Shown piece by piece: positions 1 to 9,476 of a stretch of 64,000 bases of DNA. This DNA comes from Patescibacteria group bacterium. Lineage in GTDB: Bacteria; Patescibacteriota; Minisyncoccia; RBG-13-40-8-A. Position numbers and translations under genes: made by a program. The notes beneath the pieces are model-generated. The model made no database searches. It had not been told where the DNA came from and worked only from the letters and a program-made list of their open reading frames with translations. The stretch is taken from contig JAZDGD010000004.1 of NCBI GenBank assembly GCA_043807255.1, positions 14,057 to 78,056 on the forward strand. Direction: 5' to 3'. Position 1 is the first letter of the stretch. Each line of letters opens with the position of its first letter.

Positions 1-62
1 AAATCGATTTAGCTGGCGTCCGCGAAGCAATTAAAAAGGCAGTTGAAGATAAAAAGGAATAA
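1..62 (+). CDS. 3' end of an upstream CDS (partial, product unknown; ...IDLAGVREAIKKAVEDKKE*)
   Basis: open frame running into the window start and ending with TAA at 60-62, followed by a hairpin terminator. Confidence 0.3.
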   Translation, partial: IDLAGVREAIKKAVEDKKE

Positions 63-65
63 TAC

Positions 66-105
66 AAAAAGAGCAGAGAAGTGAATTCTCTGCTCTTTAT
101 TTTTA
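66..105 (+). terminator. rho-independent terminator (aagagcagagaa...tctgctctt followed by a T-run)
   Basis: inverted repeat followed by tttatttttatttt. Confidence 0.5.
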
Positions 106-127
106 TTTTGAATATGTTAATATAAAA

Positions 128-203
128 CTATGCCCCGTAGTGAATTTTCCACTACTGCGGAGCAGTAAAATAAAATTAAGTGGAAAATCTACTACAGTGT
201 ATG
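128..203 (+). repeat. about 76-bp leader element; a near-identical copy lies upstream of murD (47021-47096, minus strand)
   Basis: tatgccccgtagtgaattttccactactgcggagcagtaaaataaaattaagtggaaaatctactacag is present in both copies, in the same orientation relative to the downstream gene. Confidence 0.85.
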
Positions 204-1550
204 GACAATTTAGAAGAAATACGAAAAGTTAGAATACAAAAATTAGAAAATTTGAAGAAAGCTGGAATAGATCCTTATCCAGCAAAGGTTTTGCGCACAC
301 ATACAAATACAGAGGCGTTGAATGGTTTTAAAAAAATGGCTGGTAAAACAAACAAAGAGGGAGTTGTTGTTAAGGGCAAGGCAATAACCTTAGTTGGTAG
401 GATTCGTTCAATTCGCGGTCATGGTGGTTCTACTTTTTGTCATATCGAAGATGGTTTTAGTCAAATTCAAATTTATCTAAGAAAAGATATTGTTGGAGAA
501 AAAGAATACGATCTATTTTTAAGTAATTTTGATATAGGAGATTTTATAGAGGTTTCGGGAAAATTATTTTTAACCCAGAAAGGAGAAAAGACATTACAAG
601 TTTTAAATTATAAAATTTTAACTAAATCGCTTTTACCTTTGCCGAGCGAATGGTATGGTTTGGAAAATATTGAAGAAAGATTTAGAAAAAGATACTTAGA
701 TTTAATTCAAAATAAAGAGATTAAAGATAAATTCATAAAACGTGCTGAAATAATCAAGCAAATAAGGCAATTCTTAGAAAAAGATGGCTTTTTGGAAGTA
801 GAAACGCCAATGCTTCAATCAATGGCTGGTGGAGCCAAGGCGAAACCGTTCAAAACACATTTAAATGCATTAGACATGGATTTATACTTAAGGATAGCCC
901 CGGAACTGTATTTAAAAAGATTATTGGTTGGAGGATTTGATAAAGTTTACGAATTGAATAGAAATTTTAGAAACGAAGGCATGGACAGGGAGCACAATCC
1001 AGAATTTACAATGCTAGAATTTTATGCTGCATATTGGAATTATGAAACAATGATGGATTTTACGGAAAAACTATTAAATTCTTTAGATAAAAAGATATTT
1101 AAAACTCCATTTAAACGCGTTGAATACGATAAAATTGTTAAAGGTGAAGATGAAAAAGAATTTTTCAGCAAGATTGTAGAACCGACGTTTGTGATTAATC
1201 ATCCGATTGAAATTTCGCCATTAGCTAAAAAATTAGAAGGTCAAAACCCCGCAGAGCGGGGCAAGGTTGCTCGATTTCAATTAATTGTTAATGGCATAGA
1301 ATTAGCTAACGCATTTTCTGAATTGAACGATCCCATTGACCAAGCGGAAAGGTTTAGGGCGCAAGAAATTGAAAGAAAGGGCGGGGATGAAGAAGCGCAC
1401 CAATATGATAAAGATTTTATTGAGGCATTAGAATATGGCATGCCTCCGGCATCGGGAATCGGTATTGGTATTGATAGGTTGGTGGCATTATTAACCGATT
1501 CTAAGACATTGCGAGAAATAATTTTATTTCCCACAATGAAACCCAAGTAA
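180..1550 (+). CDS. lysS: lysyl-tRNA synthetase, class II; the true start is probably ATG 201 (MDNLEEIRK...), because the GTG-MENLLQ prefix is encoded by the shared leader repeat
   Basis: class II aaRS motifs; anticodon-binding OB fold; ...FSELNDPIDQAERF... and GIGIDRL near the C-terminus. Confidence 0.9.
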   Translation: MENLLQCMDNLEEIRKVRIQKLENLKKAGIDPYPAKVLRTHTNTEALNGFKKMAGKTNKEGVVVKGKAITLVGRIRSIRGHGGSTFCHIEDGFSQIQIYLRKDIVGEKEYDLFLSNFDIGDFIEVSGKLFLTQKGEKTLQVLNYKILTKSLLPLPSEWYGLENIEERFRKRYLDLIQNKEIKDKFIKRAEIIKQIRQFLEKDGFLEVETPMLQSMAGGAKAKPFKTHLNALDMDLYLRIAPELYLKRLLVGGFDKVYELNRNFRNEGMDREHNPEFTMLEFYAAYWNYETMMDFTEKLLNSLDKKIFKTPFKRVEYDKIVKGEDEKEFFSKIVEPTFVINHPIEISPLAKKLEGQNPAERGKVARFQLIVNGIELANAFSELNDPIDQAERFRAQEIERKGGDEEAHQYDKDFIEALEYGMPPASGIGIGIDRLVALLTDSKTLREIILFPTMKPK

Positions 1551-1557
1551 AAATTTT

Positions 1558-2145
1558 ATGACTAGAGACGAAGCATTAAAATTGTTAAACGAAAAAGTTC
1601 AAAATAAAAACCTAATCAAACATTGTTTGGCGGTTGAGGCGTGCATGAAAGAATTTGCGGGACATTTTTCCCAAAACACTGAACAGTGGGGATTGGCGGG
1701 ATTACTTCACGACATTGATTACGAAACGACTAAAGACAAACCACAGGAACATTCAATTATTGGTGCGAAAATTTTGGAAGATGCAGGATTGGACAAAGAG
1801 ATTGTTGAGGCCGTAAGAACACACAATGAAGCACACGGATTAAAGCCAGAAAGTTTAATGGCAAAAACATTATTGCCGGTTGATCCATTAACTGGACTGA
1901 TTGTGGCATCAACATTAGTTTTGCCTGCCCGCCAAGGCAAGCCTGGCGTTGCAGGCGGGCCAAGTAAAAAAATTGCGGATTTGACTGTTGAGAATATTTT
2001 GAATCGATTTAAAGAAAAAGGATTTGCTAAGGGTGCAAATCGCGAAATTATTGCCAAATGTGTTGATGCTGGTTTAAGCCTAGAAGAATTTGTGAAAATT
2101 GGTTTAAGCGCAATGCAAAAAATAAATATTGAATTGGGACTATAA
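1558..2145 (+). CDS. HD-domain metal-dependent phosphohydrolase
   Basis: H...HD motif (KHCLAVEA...LLHDIDY); size typical of HDIG-type hydrolases. Confidence 0.6.
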   Translation: MTRDEALKLLNEKVQNKNLIKHCLAVEACMKEFAGHFSQNTEQWGLAGLLHDIDYETTKDKPQEHSIIGAKILEDAGLDKEIVEAVRTHNEAHGLKPESLMAKTLLPVDPLTGLIVASTLVLPARQGKPGVAGGPSKKIADLTVENILNRFKEKGFAKGANREIIAKCVDAGLSLEEFVKIGLSAMQKINIELGL

Positions 2146-2149
2146 ATAT

Positions 2150-3454
2150 ATGATCGATATAAAATTATTGAGAGAAAATCCAGAAGAATATAAACAAGCC
2201 GCCAAGAATAAGAATATCAACATAGATATTGATAGGTTGTTGGAATTAGATGAAAAGAAAAGAAAATTAATTACAGAAACAGAAAAGTTAAGAGCCGAAA
2301 GAAACGAAATTTCCTCAGAAACCAAAGGAACAAAGCCAAGCCAGGAAATGATTGATAAGAGTAAAGAAATTAAAGAAAAAATAATTCAATTAGAGAAAGA
2401 AGCGATTTCGGTTGAAGAAGAATATGACAATTTAATGATAAAGGCTCCAATAATTCCATCTGCGGACACGCCGATTTGTAAAGACGAAACAGGCAATGTT
2501 GTTGTTAAGCAATACGGCAAGCCTAAAGAGTTTAAATTTGAACCCAAAACTCACATCGAATTAGCCAAAAATTTAGATTGGATTGATTTTGAGCGAGGAG
2601 TAAAAGTGGCTGGTTATCGAGGATATTTTTTAAAAAATGATGCAACACGAATAGTAATGGCGATGATGATGCACGCAATAAACAAAATGACGGCAAAAGG
2701 TTATACGCCAATGATCGTTCCAACCATTGTTAAAGAATTTGCGCTTTTTGGAAGTGGTTATTTTAAGGGCAAAGAATATAACAGTGAAGTCGATGAAATT
2801 TATCAGATTGCTACATCCGACAAAGAGGCAGACGGAACACTAAGTAAAGAAAAGAAATTTTTAGTAGGTACAGCCGAACCATCGCTTTTGGCTTATTTTT
2901 CGGGAGAAGTTTTAAAAGAAGAAGACTTACCAATAAGAGTTTGCGGGTTTAGTCCTTGTTATCGTAGTGAAATTGGCGGATACGGTAAAGACACTAAAGG
3001 ACTTTATCGGGTACATGAATTTTTTAAAGTGGAACAGGTGATAATCAGTAAAGCAGATATTGAGGAATCGGATAAATTACAACAGGAAATGGTGGCGATT
3101 TCTCGTTCTATCCATGAAGACCTTGAATTTACCTATAGACAGGTTCAAATTTGCACTGGCGATATGTCGGCTGGAAAATATAAGCAATTTGATTTAGAAA
3201 CCTGGCTCCCGGGATCCAAAAGATGGGCTGAAACCGGTTCAGCAAGTAATTTTCTGGATTGGCAAGCAAGAAGATTAAATATCAAATATGTCACCAAGGA
3301 CGGTGAAAAAAAGTATGTTTATTTGTTAAACGATACCGCCTTACCATCACCGCGACCACTTATGGCAATTATGGAGAATTATCAACAAAAAGACGGGACA
3401 ATTAAGGTTCCCAAGATTCTTCAAAAATATATTGGAATTAAAAAAATAGGATAA
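2150..3454 (+). CDS. serS: seryl-tRNA synthetase (the ORF track starts at 2129; MIDIKLLREN at 2150 is the likely start)
   Basis: N-terminal coiled-coil arm, class II core, conserved C-terminal region. Confidence 0.9.
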   Translation: MIDIKLLRENPEEYKQAAKNKNINIDIDRLLELDEKKRKLITETEKLRAERNEISSETKGTKPSQEMIDKSKEIKEKIIQLEKEAISVEEEYDNLMIKAPIIPSADTPICKDETGNVVVKQYGKPKEFKFEPKTHIELAKNLDWIDFERGVKVAGYRGYFLKNDATRIVMAMMMHAINKMTAKGYTPMIVPTIVKEFALFGSGYFKGKEYNSEVDEIYQIATSDKEADGTLSKEKKFLVGTAEPSLLAYFSGEVLKEEDLPIRVCGFSPCYRSEIGGYGKDTKGLYRVHEFFKVEQVIISKADIEESDKLQQEMVAISRSIHEDLEFTYRQVQICTGDMSAGKYKQFDLETWLPGSKRWAETGSASNFLDWQARRLNIKYVTKDGEKKYVYLLNDTALPSPRPLMAIMENYQQKDGTIKVPKILQKYIGIKKIG

Positions 3455-3468
3455 GTTCATAAAATTTT

Positions 3469-4062
3469 ATGAAAAGAAAAACTGTTGATTTTAATCGATA
3501 TCAACATAGGTCCAATAATAAAAAAAGAAAGAAAATACTTTTAATTATTTTCTTTCTTTCTGTTTTGGGATTGATTTATGTTTTAATTCCCCATTTAGAT
3601 TTTAAAACTAACAGAGAGGAAGTGAAAAAATATGAACAAATCGGAATTTTTTGCAAACAAGATACGGCCGATTGTTTTTATATCGATAAACAGGGAATTG
3701 TTTTTGAAGCTGCGCCCAAAACAAGCGGAGGATTGATTGTGTTAATTAAAGATTATTCTAGTAGAAAAGTTAAATTATATGATAAGGTATTAGACTCTGG
3801 GCTTATTGATACAATTTTAGAAATAAAGGATTATTTACCATTAGAAATTGGTTTAAGTGTGGTTAGTTTTGATATAGACAATTATCCAACAGACAAATTA
3901 AGAGTTATAACCAACGAGAGTTGGTATGTTCTACTTGGTTTAAAACAAGAAATTAAAAAACAACTTTTATCGCTAAAAGTTGTTTTAGATGAAAAAATCG
4001 AGGACAGAATGAGCTTGCAGTATATTGATCTAAGAATCGAAAACAGAATATATTATAAATAG
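3469..4062 (+). CDS. membrane-anchored hypothetical protein (possibly FtsQ/DivIB POTRA-like)
   Basis: basic N-terminus, one TM helix, then a roughly 150-aa extracytoplasmic domain; the assignment is weak. Confidence 0.4.
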   Translation: MKRKTVDFNRYQHRSNNKKRKKILLIIFFLSVLGLIYVLIPHLDFKTNREEVKKYEQIGIFCKQDTADCFYIDKQGIVFEAAPKTSGGLIVLIKDYSSRKVKLYDKVLDSGLIDTILEIKDYLPLEIGLSVVSFDIDNYPTDKLRVITNESWYVLLGLKQEIKKQLLSLKVVLDEKIEDRMSLQYIDLRIENRIYYK

Positions 4063-4063
4063 A

Positions 4064-5896
4064 TTATGGAATATAATATACAAATATCGAATTTCCGATA
4101 ACTGTTACGGGTTCATATTGATTGAGCCAGAAATAAAAGTCAGTTTTCTGGGTCCATCCTTTTGTTTGCAGTGCCTGTCCTTGTTGTTTAAATGTTGCAG
4201 AAATTGCTATCCATTTTCCTTTTGCGTCCTTAGGATCATTGTTTCCTGACCATCCCTCAACCTTGTCGCCAAGATAATACTTAGGAATTCCACCCCCAAA
4301 ATAATCTACATAGATTTTGGGGATTTTATTCCCCGCAGACGCAGTTCCTGCTGGCGGGGTAAATTCTTCAACCCACTTCGTAAGTCGTTTTAAGTCTTGT
4401 CCCCAATCAAGATTGGAGTCCGTAACATATTTGTATCCATTTTTTCCTCCACCAGCCAATTCATTAAAATATGATAAATAATATGGGAAAGAAGAGAGCG
4501 AGGAAACCACATACCAACCCGTTAGGCCGATAATTATAATCCAGGAGATTGTAATTATTTTTTTATTGTGGATTTTTTCGAATAATTTTTTCATTTGTCC
4601 AGAAATTAAGACATAGACAAATGGAAAGGTTGGTAAAATATGTCTGACGCCAATATTGAGATTACTGGTTAAGCTTGCGCCCCAATAAATTGCTAAGAAA
4701 ATTAACATTGCAATTTCTGTAAAATACTTGTTTAGCCATTGAGCAAAACGCGAGGCTAAGCCTCGTAAGTTCAATTTCTTACGAGGCTTAGCCTCGTAAG
4801 ATTTAGATCGTTGTGTTAGTATCAATACCAACAATGCAATAATCGTAAAAATATGTAATGCCAATGGTTCTTTAATTGCATAGACAATTGGGAAGTAACT
4901 TTTCCATCCCTTATTTGTAACGTCGCCCAAAAAGAATGTTGTGTTCCCGCCAGTGGCCCTGATAAAGACCATGAACAGCCCCAATGTGTATTGAGCATAT
5001 GGCCTTAATATCGGTTGTTCTGACATCCATATCACAATGTCGCCGGCTGGTTTAAGTGGAAAAGTGGAAGCAAGAAATTTCGTATCAGAAAGTTGTTTTT
5101 CAACGGGATAATTTGCAGTATGAAACATATATACTGGATAGACGAGAATAAAACCAATAATCATGATTAGCACAAATTTCCAAAGATATTTGAGAAAATT
5201 TTTCCAGAATTTTTTGTCTTCTCGCCATTTAATGTAAATATAAATTAAAATTAGAATTCCAAAGTACGGAACCAGTAAAATTAAAGAAAATTTAATTAAT
5301 TGAGCAATGCCAAAAGCAATCCCTGCAAAAAGCAAGTTTTTTCCAGTTTGATCTTTGATCCACTTAATAAAAAAGTAAGAAGCAAAGAAAAATGCAAAAG
5401 CTGCACCGACGTCAGTTGTAACATATCTGCCGTGAGCTAAGAATGTTGGTGAAAAGGCAAATAAAATTGTTGCAAATAGGGCCGGAACTTTGCCATATAA
5501 TTTCTTTGTCCAGCGATAAATAAAAAATCCTAATAAGATTAGGAGTAATAACATTGGAATTCGAGACCAAAAAATAATTTTATCAGCATTATTTCCGGAA
5601 TTATATAAAAAATTAAAACCAAAGTCCCATTGACCATTAACATCAGTTGTCCAAGATTTTATGTTTTCGGGGAAATTAATACCTTTGATAAAAAGCAAGC
5701 CAATTGCCGAAAGATCTTTGAGTAGTGGCGGATGTTCTGGGTTGAGGCGCATATCGTTTTGCGTCATATAGGAATAACCAGCAGGGATATGTGCAACTTC
5801 ATCCATAATTGCCGATTCTTGTTTTTGACTTATTGTTGCCAAAACAAGCATTAATAAAACACAAACTATTGCTAAGATTGGTGCTAATTTCTTCAT
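4064..5896 (-). CDS. GT-C fold glycosyltransferase, family 39/83 (ArnT/PMT-like, lipid-linked sugar transferase)
   Basis: polytopic membrane protein with a first-loop DE motif (MDEVAHIPAGYSY...HPPL) and many TM helices across 610 aa. Confidence 0.7.
   Translation of the reverse strand: MKKLAPILAIVCVLLMLVLATISQKQESAIMDEVAHIPAGYSYMTQNDMRLNPEHPPLLKDLSAIGLLFIKGINFPENIKSWTTDVNGQWDFGFNFLYNSGNNADKIIFWSRIPMLLLLILLGFFIYRWTKKLYGKVPALFATILFAFSPTFLAHGRYVTTDVGAAFAFFFASYFFIKWIKDQTGKNLLFAGIAFGIAQLIKFSLILLVPYFGILILIYIYIKWREDKKFWKNFLKYLWKFVLIMIIGFILVYPVYMFHTANYPVEKQLSDTKFLASTFPLKPAGDIVIWMSEQPILRPYAQYTLGLFMVFIRATGGNTTFFLGDVTNKGWKSYFPIVYAIKEPLALHIFTIIALLVLILTQRSKSYEAKPRKKLNLRGLASRFAQWLNKYFTEIAMLIFLAIYWGASLTSNLNIGVRHILPTFPFVYVLISGQMKKLFEKIHNKKIITISWIIIIGLTGWYVVSSLSSFPYYLSYFNELAGGGKNGYKYVTDSNLDWGQDLKRLTKWVEEFTPPAGTASAGNKIPKIYVDYFGGGIPKYYLGDKVEGWSGNNDPKDAKGKWIAISATFKQQGQALQTKGWTQKTDFYFWLNQYEPVTVIGNSIFVYYIP
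4751..4803. repeat. tandem copies of the CTTACGAGGYYTARCCTCGTAAG palindromic element lying in frame inside the glycosyltransferase CDS
   Basis: cgaggctaagcctcgtaag...cttacgaggcttagcctcgtaag encodes ...SKSYEAKPRKKLNLRGLASRF...; the same element is intergenic at 36183-36208, 42942-42964 and 43931-43953. Confidence 0.75.
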
Positions 5897-5936
5897 ATGT
5901 TTTTATTATAACATATTTGTGATATAATTATATTAT

Positions 5937-6314
5937 ATGGAAGAAATACTTAAAAATTTCGAAAACAAAAAAATAGAAGTCCTCAAACAAATTGACAATA
6001 AAGAGGGCGAATTAAGCATGGAAAAGCAAAAAGAGATTTTAAGAGAAGCGGTTAATGAAAGAATTGCAACCGCCCAACCAATTTCAACTGGACAGCAACA
6101 AGCGATTGTCCAAACTGCTCAAAAACTAAAAGATGAGCCAAAGGAAAGGCAAATTCAATTATTAACCCAAATGGCAGTAGATAAGGGCGTGATTGAAGCA
6201 GTGAATATTGCTCGCAATCTCGATAATCCTTATTTGTTAGACGCGTTTCATGACGCCTTAATTGATCATTTTTATAATCAATTAATTGAAAAAGGGAAAT
6301 TAAAATCAATTTAA
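5937..6314 (+). CDS. hypothetical protein (125 aa, helical and acidic)
   Basis: ORF with no recognisable motif. Confidence 0.45.
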   Translation: MEEILKNFENKKIEVLKQIDNKEGELSMEKQKEILREAVNERIATAQPISTGQQQAIVQTAQKLKDEPKERQIQLLTQMAVDKGVIEAVNIARNLDNPYLLDAFHDALIDHFYNQLIEKGKLKSI

Positions 6315-6318
6315 AAAA

Positions 6319-8763
6319 ATGACCACAATACAGCTTGTTTATATTGTGTCGGGTTTTATCGCACTTCTTCTGGGAGGATTGTTTTTAGCTTTTATTGTTG
6401 AAAAATCAAGAGGCAGAAAAATGATAGTTAAAGCTCTAAATATGAGCTTATTTTTAATTAGAATTCCAAGGGATGCTAAGGAAGATTTATCAACCGAAGA
6501 AAAGAAAAATCGTATTGCGGTAATGGAGCAATTTTTATCAAGCTTAGGTGCTTTATATGAAAAAAAAGCAAGATATGGTCAACCATATATTGTTTTAGAA
6601 ATGGCGGTTCCTTTTTCTGGTTCAGAAATTTCTTTTTATGTTTCAGTGCCGAAAAAATACGAGAATTTCTTAGAAAAACAAATTTATGGATTTTACCCTA
6701 AAGCAATTGTGCAAAAAACAGAGGATTATAATATTTTTAATCCCGAAGGAGAGTCGTCTGGTGGATTTTTTAAATTGGACAAAAACAGTATTTTGCCAAT
6801 TAAGACCTATAAAGAACTAGAAATTGATCCATTGGAAAATCTTTCCACCGCTCTAAGCAAAATTGCAGAGACTGGCGATGGTGGGGCCGTGCAAATTGTA
6901 TTAAAATCAGCTGGCAAAAATTGGGCTAAGTTCGGTTTAAGTATAATCCAAAAAATAAACCAAGGACAAAGCTTTAAGGATGCGATTAAAAACAAGCCCA
7001 AGAAAAAACCCAAAAAAGACGAGCCCGTTGTGCAACAAAGAACGTCTCCTGTTGACGAAGAGATAATCAAAAGCTTACAATCTAAAATTTCTAAAACTGG
7101 GTTTGAAGTAAACATTCGTCTTTTGTTTTCCTCAAAAACAAAAGATAAGGCAGACGAATTATTGTCTCATCTAAGTGGTTCGTTTCAACAATTTGGATCA
7201 CCGAATTTAAATTCATTTAAATTGGAAAAAATGAAGAAAGGCAAATTAAAAAAACTTTTCTTTAGTTTTTCCTTTCGTTTGTTTGAACGCAAACAAAGAT
7301 TGGTTTTAAATAGTGAAGAAATTGCAAGCATTTTTCATTTTCCATTAACCAATCTAAGTTCACCAAAATTAAAATGGTTAAAATCAAAAGAATCAATTCC
7401 CCCGACAACCATGCCGAAAGAAGGCATTATTCTTGGTAAAAATATTTTTAGAGGAGAGGAGACAGAGATAAGAATGACAGACGACGATAGGCGCAGACAT
7501 TTTTATATTGTTGGGCAAACAGGTACAGGTAAAACAACTTTAGCATTAAACATGCTTCAACAGGATATTTTGGCTGGCAAGGGTGTTTGTTATATAGATC
7601 CCCATGGTCAAGACATTGAAATAATATTGGGTATGATTCCACCGGAACGAGCAGAAGATGTAATTTATTTTAATCCTGGCGATCTCGAAAGACCAATGGG
7701 TTTAAATATGCTTGAATATGATCCTAATTTTCCAGAGCAAAAAACGTTTCTTGTTAACGAGATGATTAGTATTTTTAGAAAAATATTTCCCGATTCAGGA
7801 GAAGCTTTGGGGCCGATGTTTCAACAATATATGCGAGGCGCGATGTTATTGGCGATGGATGACGTAGAATCGGGGGCAACACTTTTAGAGGTTCCTAAGG
7901 TTTTGGCCGATACGGCATTTAGAAAATATAAGCTTTCAAAAACAAACAATATCGTGGTTAAGGATTTTTGGGAAAAAGAAGCAGAAAAGGCTGGAGGGGA
8001 AGCTTCTTTGGCAAATTTTGTTCCATATATTACCTCTAAGGTCAATATCTTTTTAGCAAATGATATTATGCGACCGATTTTGTGTCAGCAAAAAAGCGCT
8101 TTCGACTTTAGAAAAATAATGGATGAAAAGAAAATATTTTTAGCCAATTTGTCAAAAGGACGACTGGGCGATTTAAATAGTTATTTGTTGGGACTCATTA
8201 TCGTCGGAAAATTTTTAATGGCAGCATTTTCAAGGGTTGATATAGGCACCAAAGAGTTAAATGATTTTTATCTTTACATTGATGAATTTCAAAATTTCAC
8301 TACAGATACTATTGCCACAATATTATCAGAAGCAAGAAAATTTAAATTAAATTTAATTTTAGCACACCAGTTTATTGGACAATTAGAAGACAAAATTAAA
8401 GATGCAGTTTTCGGAAACGTTGGGAGCATGGCGGTTTATAGGGTTGGGGCCGAAGATGCAGAATTTTTAGTTAAACAATTTGAACCAGTTTTTGATGCAC
8501 AGGACTTATTAAATATTGATAATTATAATGCTTATGTTAAATTATTAATAAATAATATGGTTAGTGTGCCGTTCAATATGAAGTGTAGTCCCAAGCCAAA
8601 GGCCAACGTAGAAATTGCAGCAAAGATCAAAGAGTTGTCTCGTCTAAAATACGGTAGAGAAAAATCAATTGTTGATAAAGAAATTTTTGAAAGATCAAAA
8701 ATCTCTAATAAAATTTCTTCTCCAGGGGCGGATACTCCGCCAGAGGATTTAAGTTTTAGATAA
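6319..8763 (+). CDS. membrane-anchored FtsK/HerA-superfamily P-loop ATPase, TraD/VirD4 (type IV coupling protein)-like
   Basis: N-terminal TM helix; Walker A GQTGTGKTT; Walker B LYIDEFQNF; arginine-finger/Q region ARKFKLNLILAHQ typical of the TraG/TraD and DUF87-HerA families. Confidence 0.55.
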   Translation: MTTIQLVYIVSGFIALLLGGLFLAFIVEKSRGRKMIVKALNMSLFLIRIPRDAKEDLSTEEKKNRIAVMEQFLSSLGALYEKKARYGQPYIVLEMAVPFSGSEISFYVSVPKKYENFLEKQIYGFYPKAIVQKTEDYNIFNPEGESSGGFFKLDKNSILPIKTYKELEIDPLENLSTALSKIAETGDGGAVQIVLKSAGKNWAKFGLSIIQKINQGQSFKDAIKNKPKKKPKKDEPVVQQRTSPVDEEIIKSLQSKISKTGFEVNIRLLFSSKTKDKADELLSHLSGSFQQFGSPNLNSFKLEKMKKGKLKKLFFSFSFRLFERKQRLVLNSEEIASIFHFPLTNLSSPKLKWLKSKESIPPTTMPKEGIILGKNIFRGEETEIRMTDDDRRRHFYIVGQTGTGKTTLALNMLQQDILAGKGVCYIDPHGQDIEIILGMIPPERAEDVIYFNPGDLERPMGLNMLEYDPNFPEQKTFLVNEMISIFRKIFPDSGEALGPMFQQYMRGAMLLAMDDVESGATLLEVPKVLADTAFRKYKLSKTNNIVVKDFWEKEAEKAGGEASLANFVPYITSKVNIFLANDIMRPILCQQKSAFDFRKIMDEKKIFLANLSKGRLGDLNSYLLGLIIVGKFLMAAFSRVDIGTKELNDFYLYIDEFQNFTTDTIATILSEARKFKLNLILAHQFIGQLEDKIKDAVFGNVGSMAVYRVGAEDAEFLVKQFEPVFDAQDLLNIDNYNAYVKLLINNMVSVPFNMKCSPKPKANVEIAAKIKELSRLKYGREKSIVDKEIFERSKISNKISSPGADTPPEDLSFR

Positions 8764-8764
8764 A

Positions 8765-8846
8765 AAAGTAATATCCGAATGATACGAATCTGTATCCGAA
8801 TCAACGAATTTGTAGATTCGCATAACAATTCGTAGATTCGAATAAT
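8765..8846 (+). promoter_or_regulatory. direct-repeat-rich intergenic region (ATCCGAAT x2; TTYGTAGATTCG x2)
   Basis: atccgaatgatacgaatctgtatccgaatcaacgaatttgtagattcgcataacaattcgtagattcgaataatg. Confidence 0.35.
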
Positions 8847-9476
8847 GTGATCATGAAGAAAAAAGATTTAGTTGTGGTTTTTATTTTAAGCGAAATTATT
8901 GCGGTGTTTTTGAGTTTTATTTTGACTGTTAATAAATTTGATCTTTTTCCGGCTTGGTTTTTGTTTATAATTGTTCCAATCTTAGCAATTATTGCTAATT
9001 TTATAGCTTCTTTTGTTGGTAAAAAAATTCCTATTATTTTTCAATTGGCAAGATATTTTACTGTTGGCATAGCGAATACAGTTGTTGACATAGGAATTTT
9101 AAGCTTATTAATGTTAATAAGTGGCATTGCCGAAGGAAATGCTTATTCTGTTTTTAAGGGAATTTCTTTTATAATTGCGGTTGTTCATAGTTATCTTTGG
9201 AATAGGTCTTGGACGTTTGGGGCAACAAGAACCAAAAAAACAAAACAGGAATTTTCTCAGTTTTTTATTATAAGCATAATAGTATTTATAATAAACGTTA
9301 GCATAGCTTCTTTAATAGTTAATATGATTGGGCCTCAATTTGGAGTTTCTAAAGAGCTTTGGGCAACTATTGGAGCTTGCATAGGAAGTGTTGTTAGTTT
9401 AGTTTGTAATTTTATGGGATATAAATTGATTGTATTTAAGGAAAAAAATGGAGAACAACCTAGCAATTTATCGTAA
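8847..9476 (+). CDS. GtrA-family membrane protein
   Basis: RYFTVGIANTVVDIGILSLL and LWNRSWTF motifs; four or more TM helices. Confidence 0.55.
   Translation: MIMKKKDLVVVFILSEIIAVFLSFILTVNKFDLFPAWFLFIIVPILAIIANFIASFVGKKIPIIFQLARYFTVGIANTVVDIGILSLLMLISGIAEGNAYSVFKGISFIIAVVHSYLWNRSWTFGATRTKKTKQEFSQFFIISIIVFIINVSIASLIVNMIGPQFGVSKELWATIGACIGSVVSLVCNFMGYKLIVFKEKNGEQPSNLS

Noticed and set aside
1277-1546. Antisense ORFs inside well-supported genes (for example 1277-1546 in lysS, 1719-2057, 6807-7115, 9837-10163, 28949-29179, 48564-49211 and many more in the ORF track)
   Set aside because: They overlap strongly supported genes on the opposite strand. They have no RBS or promoter and are low-complexity. 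They are judged chance open frames.
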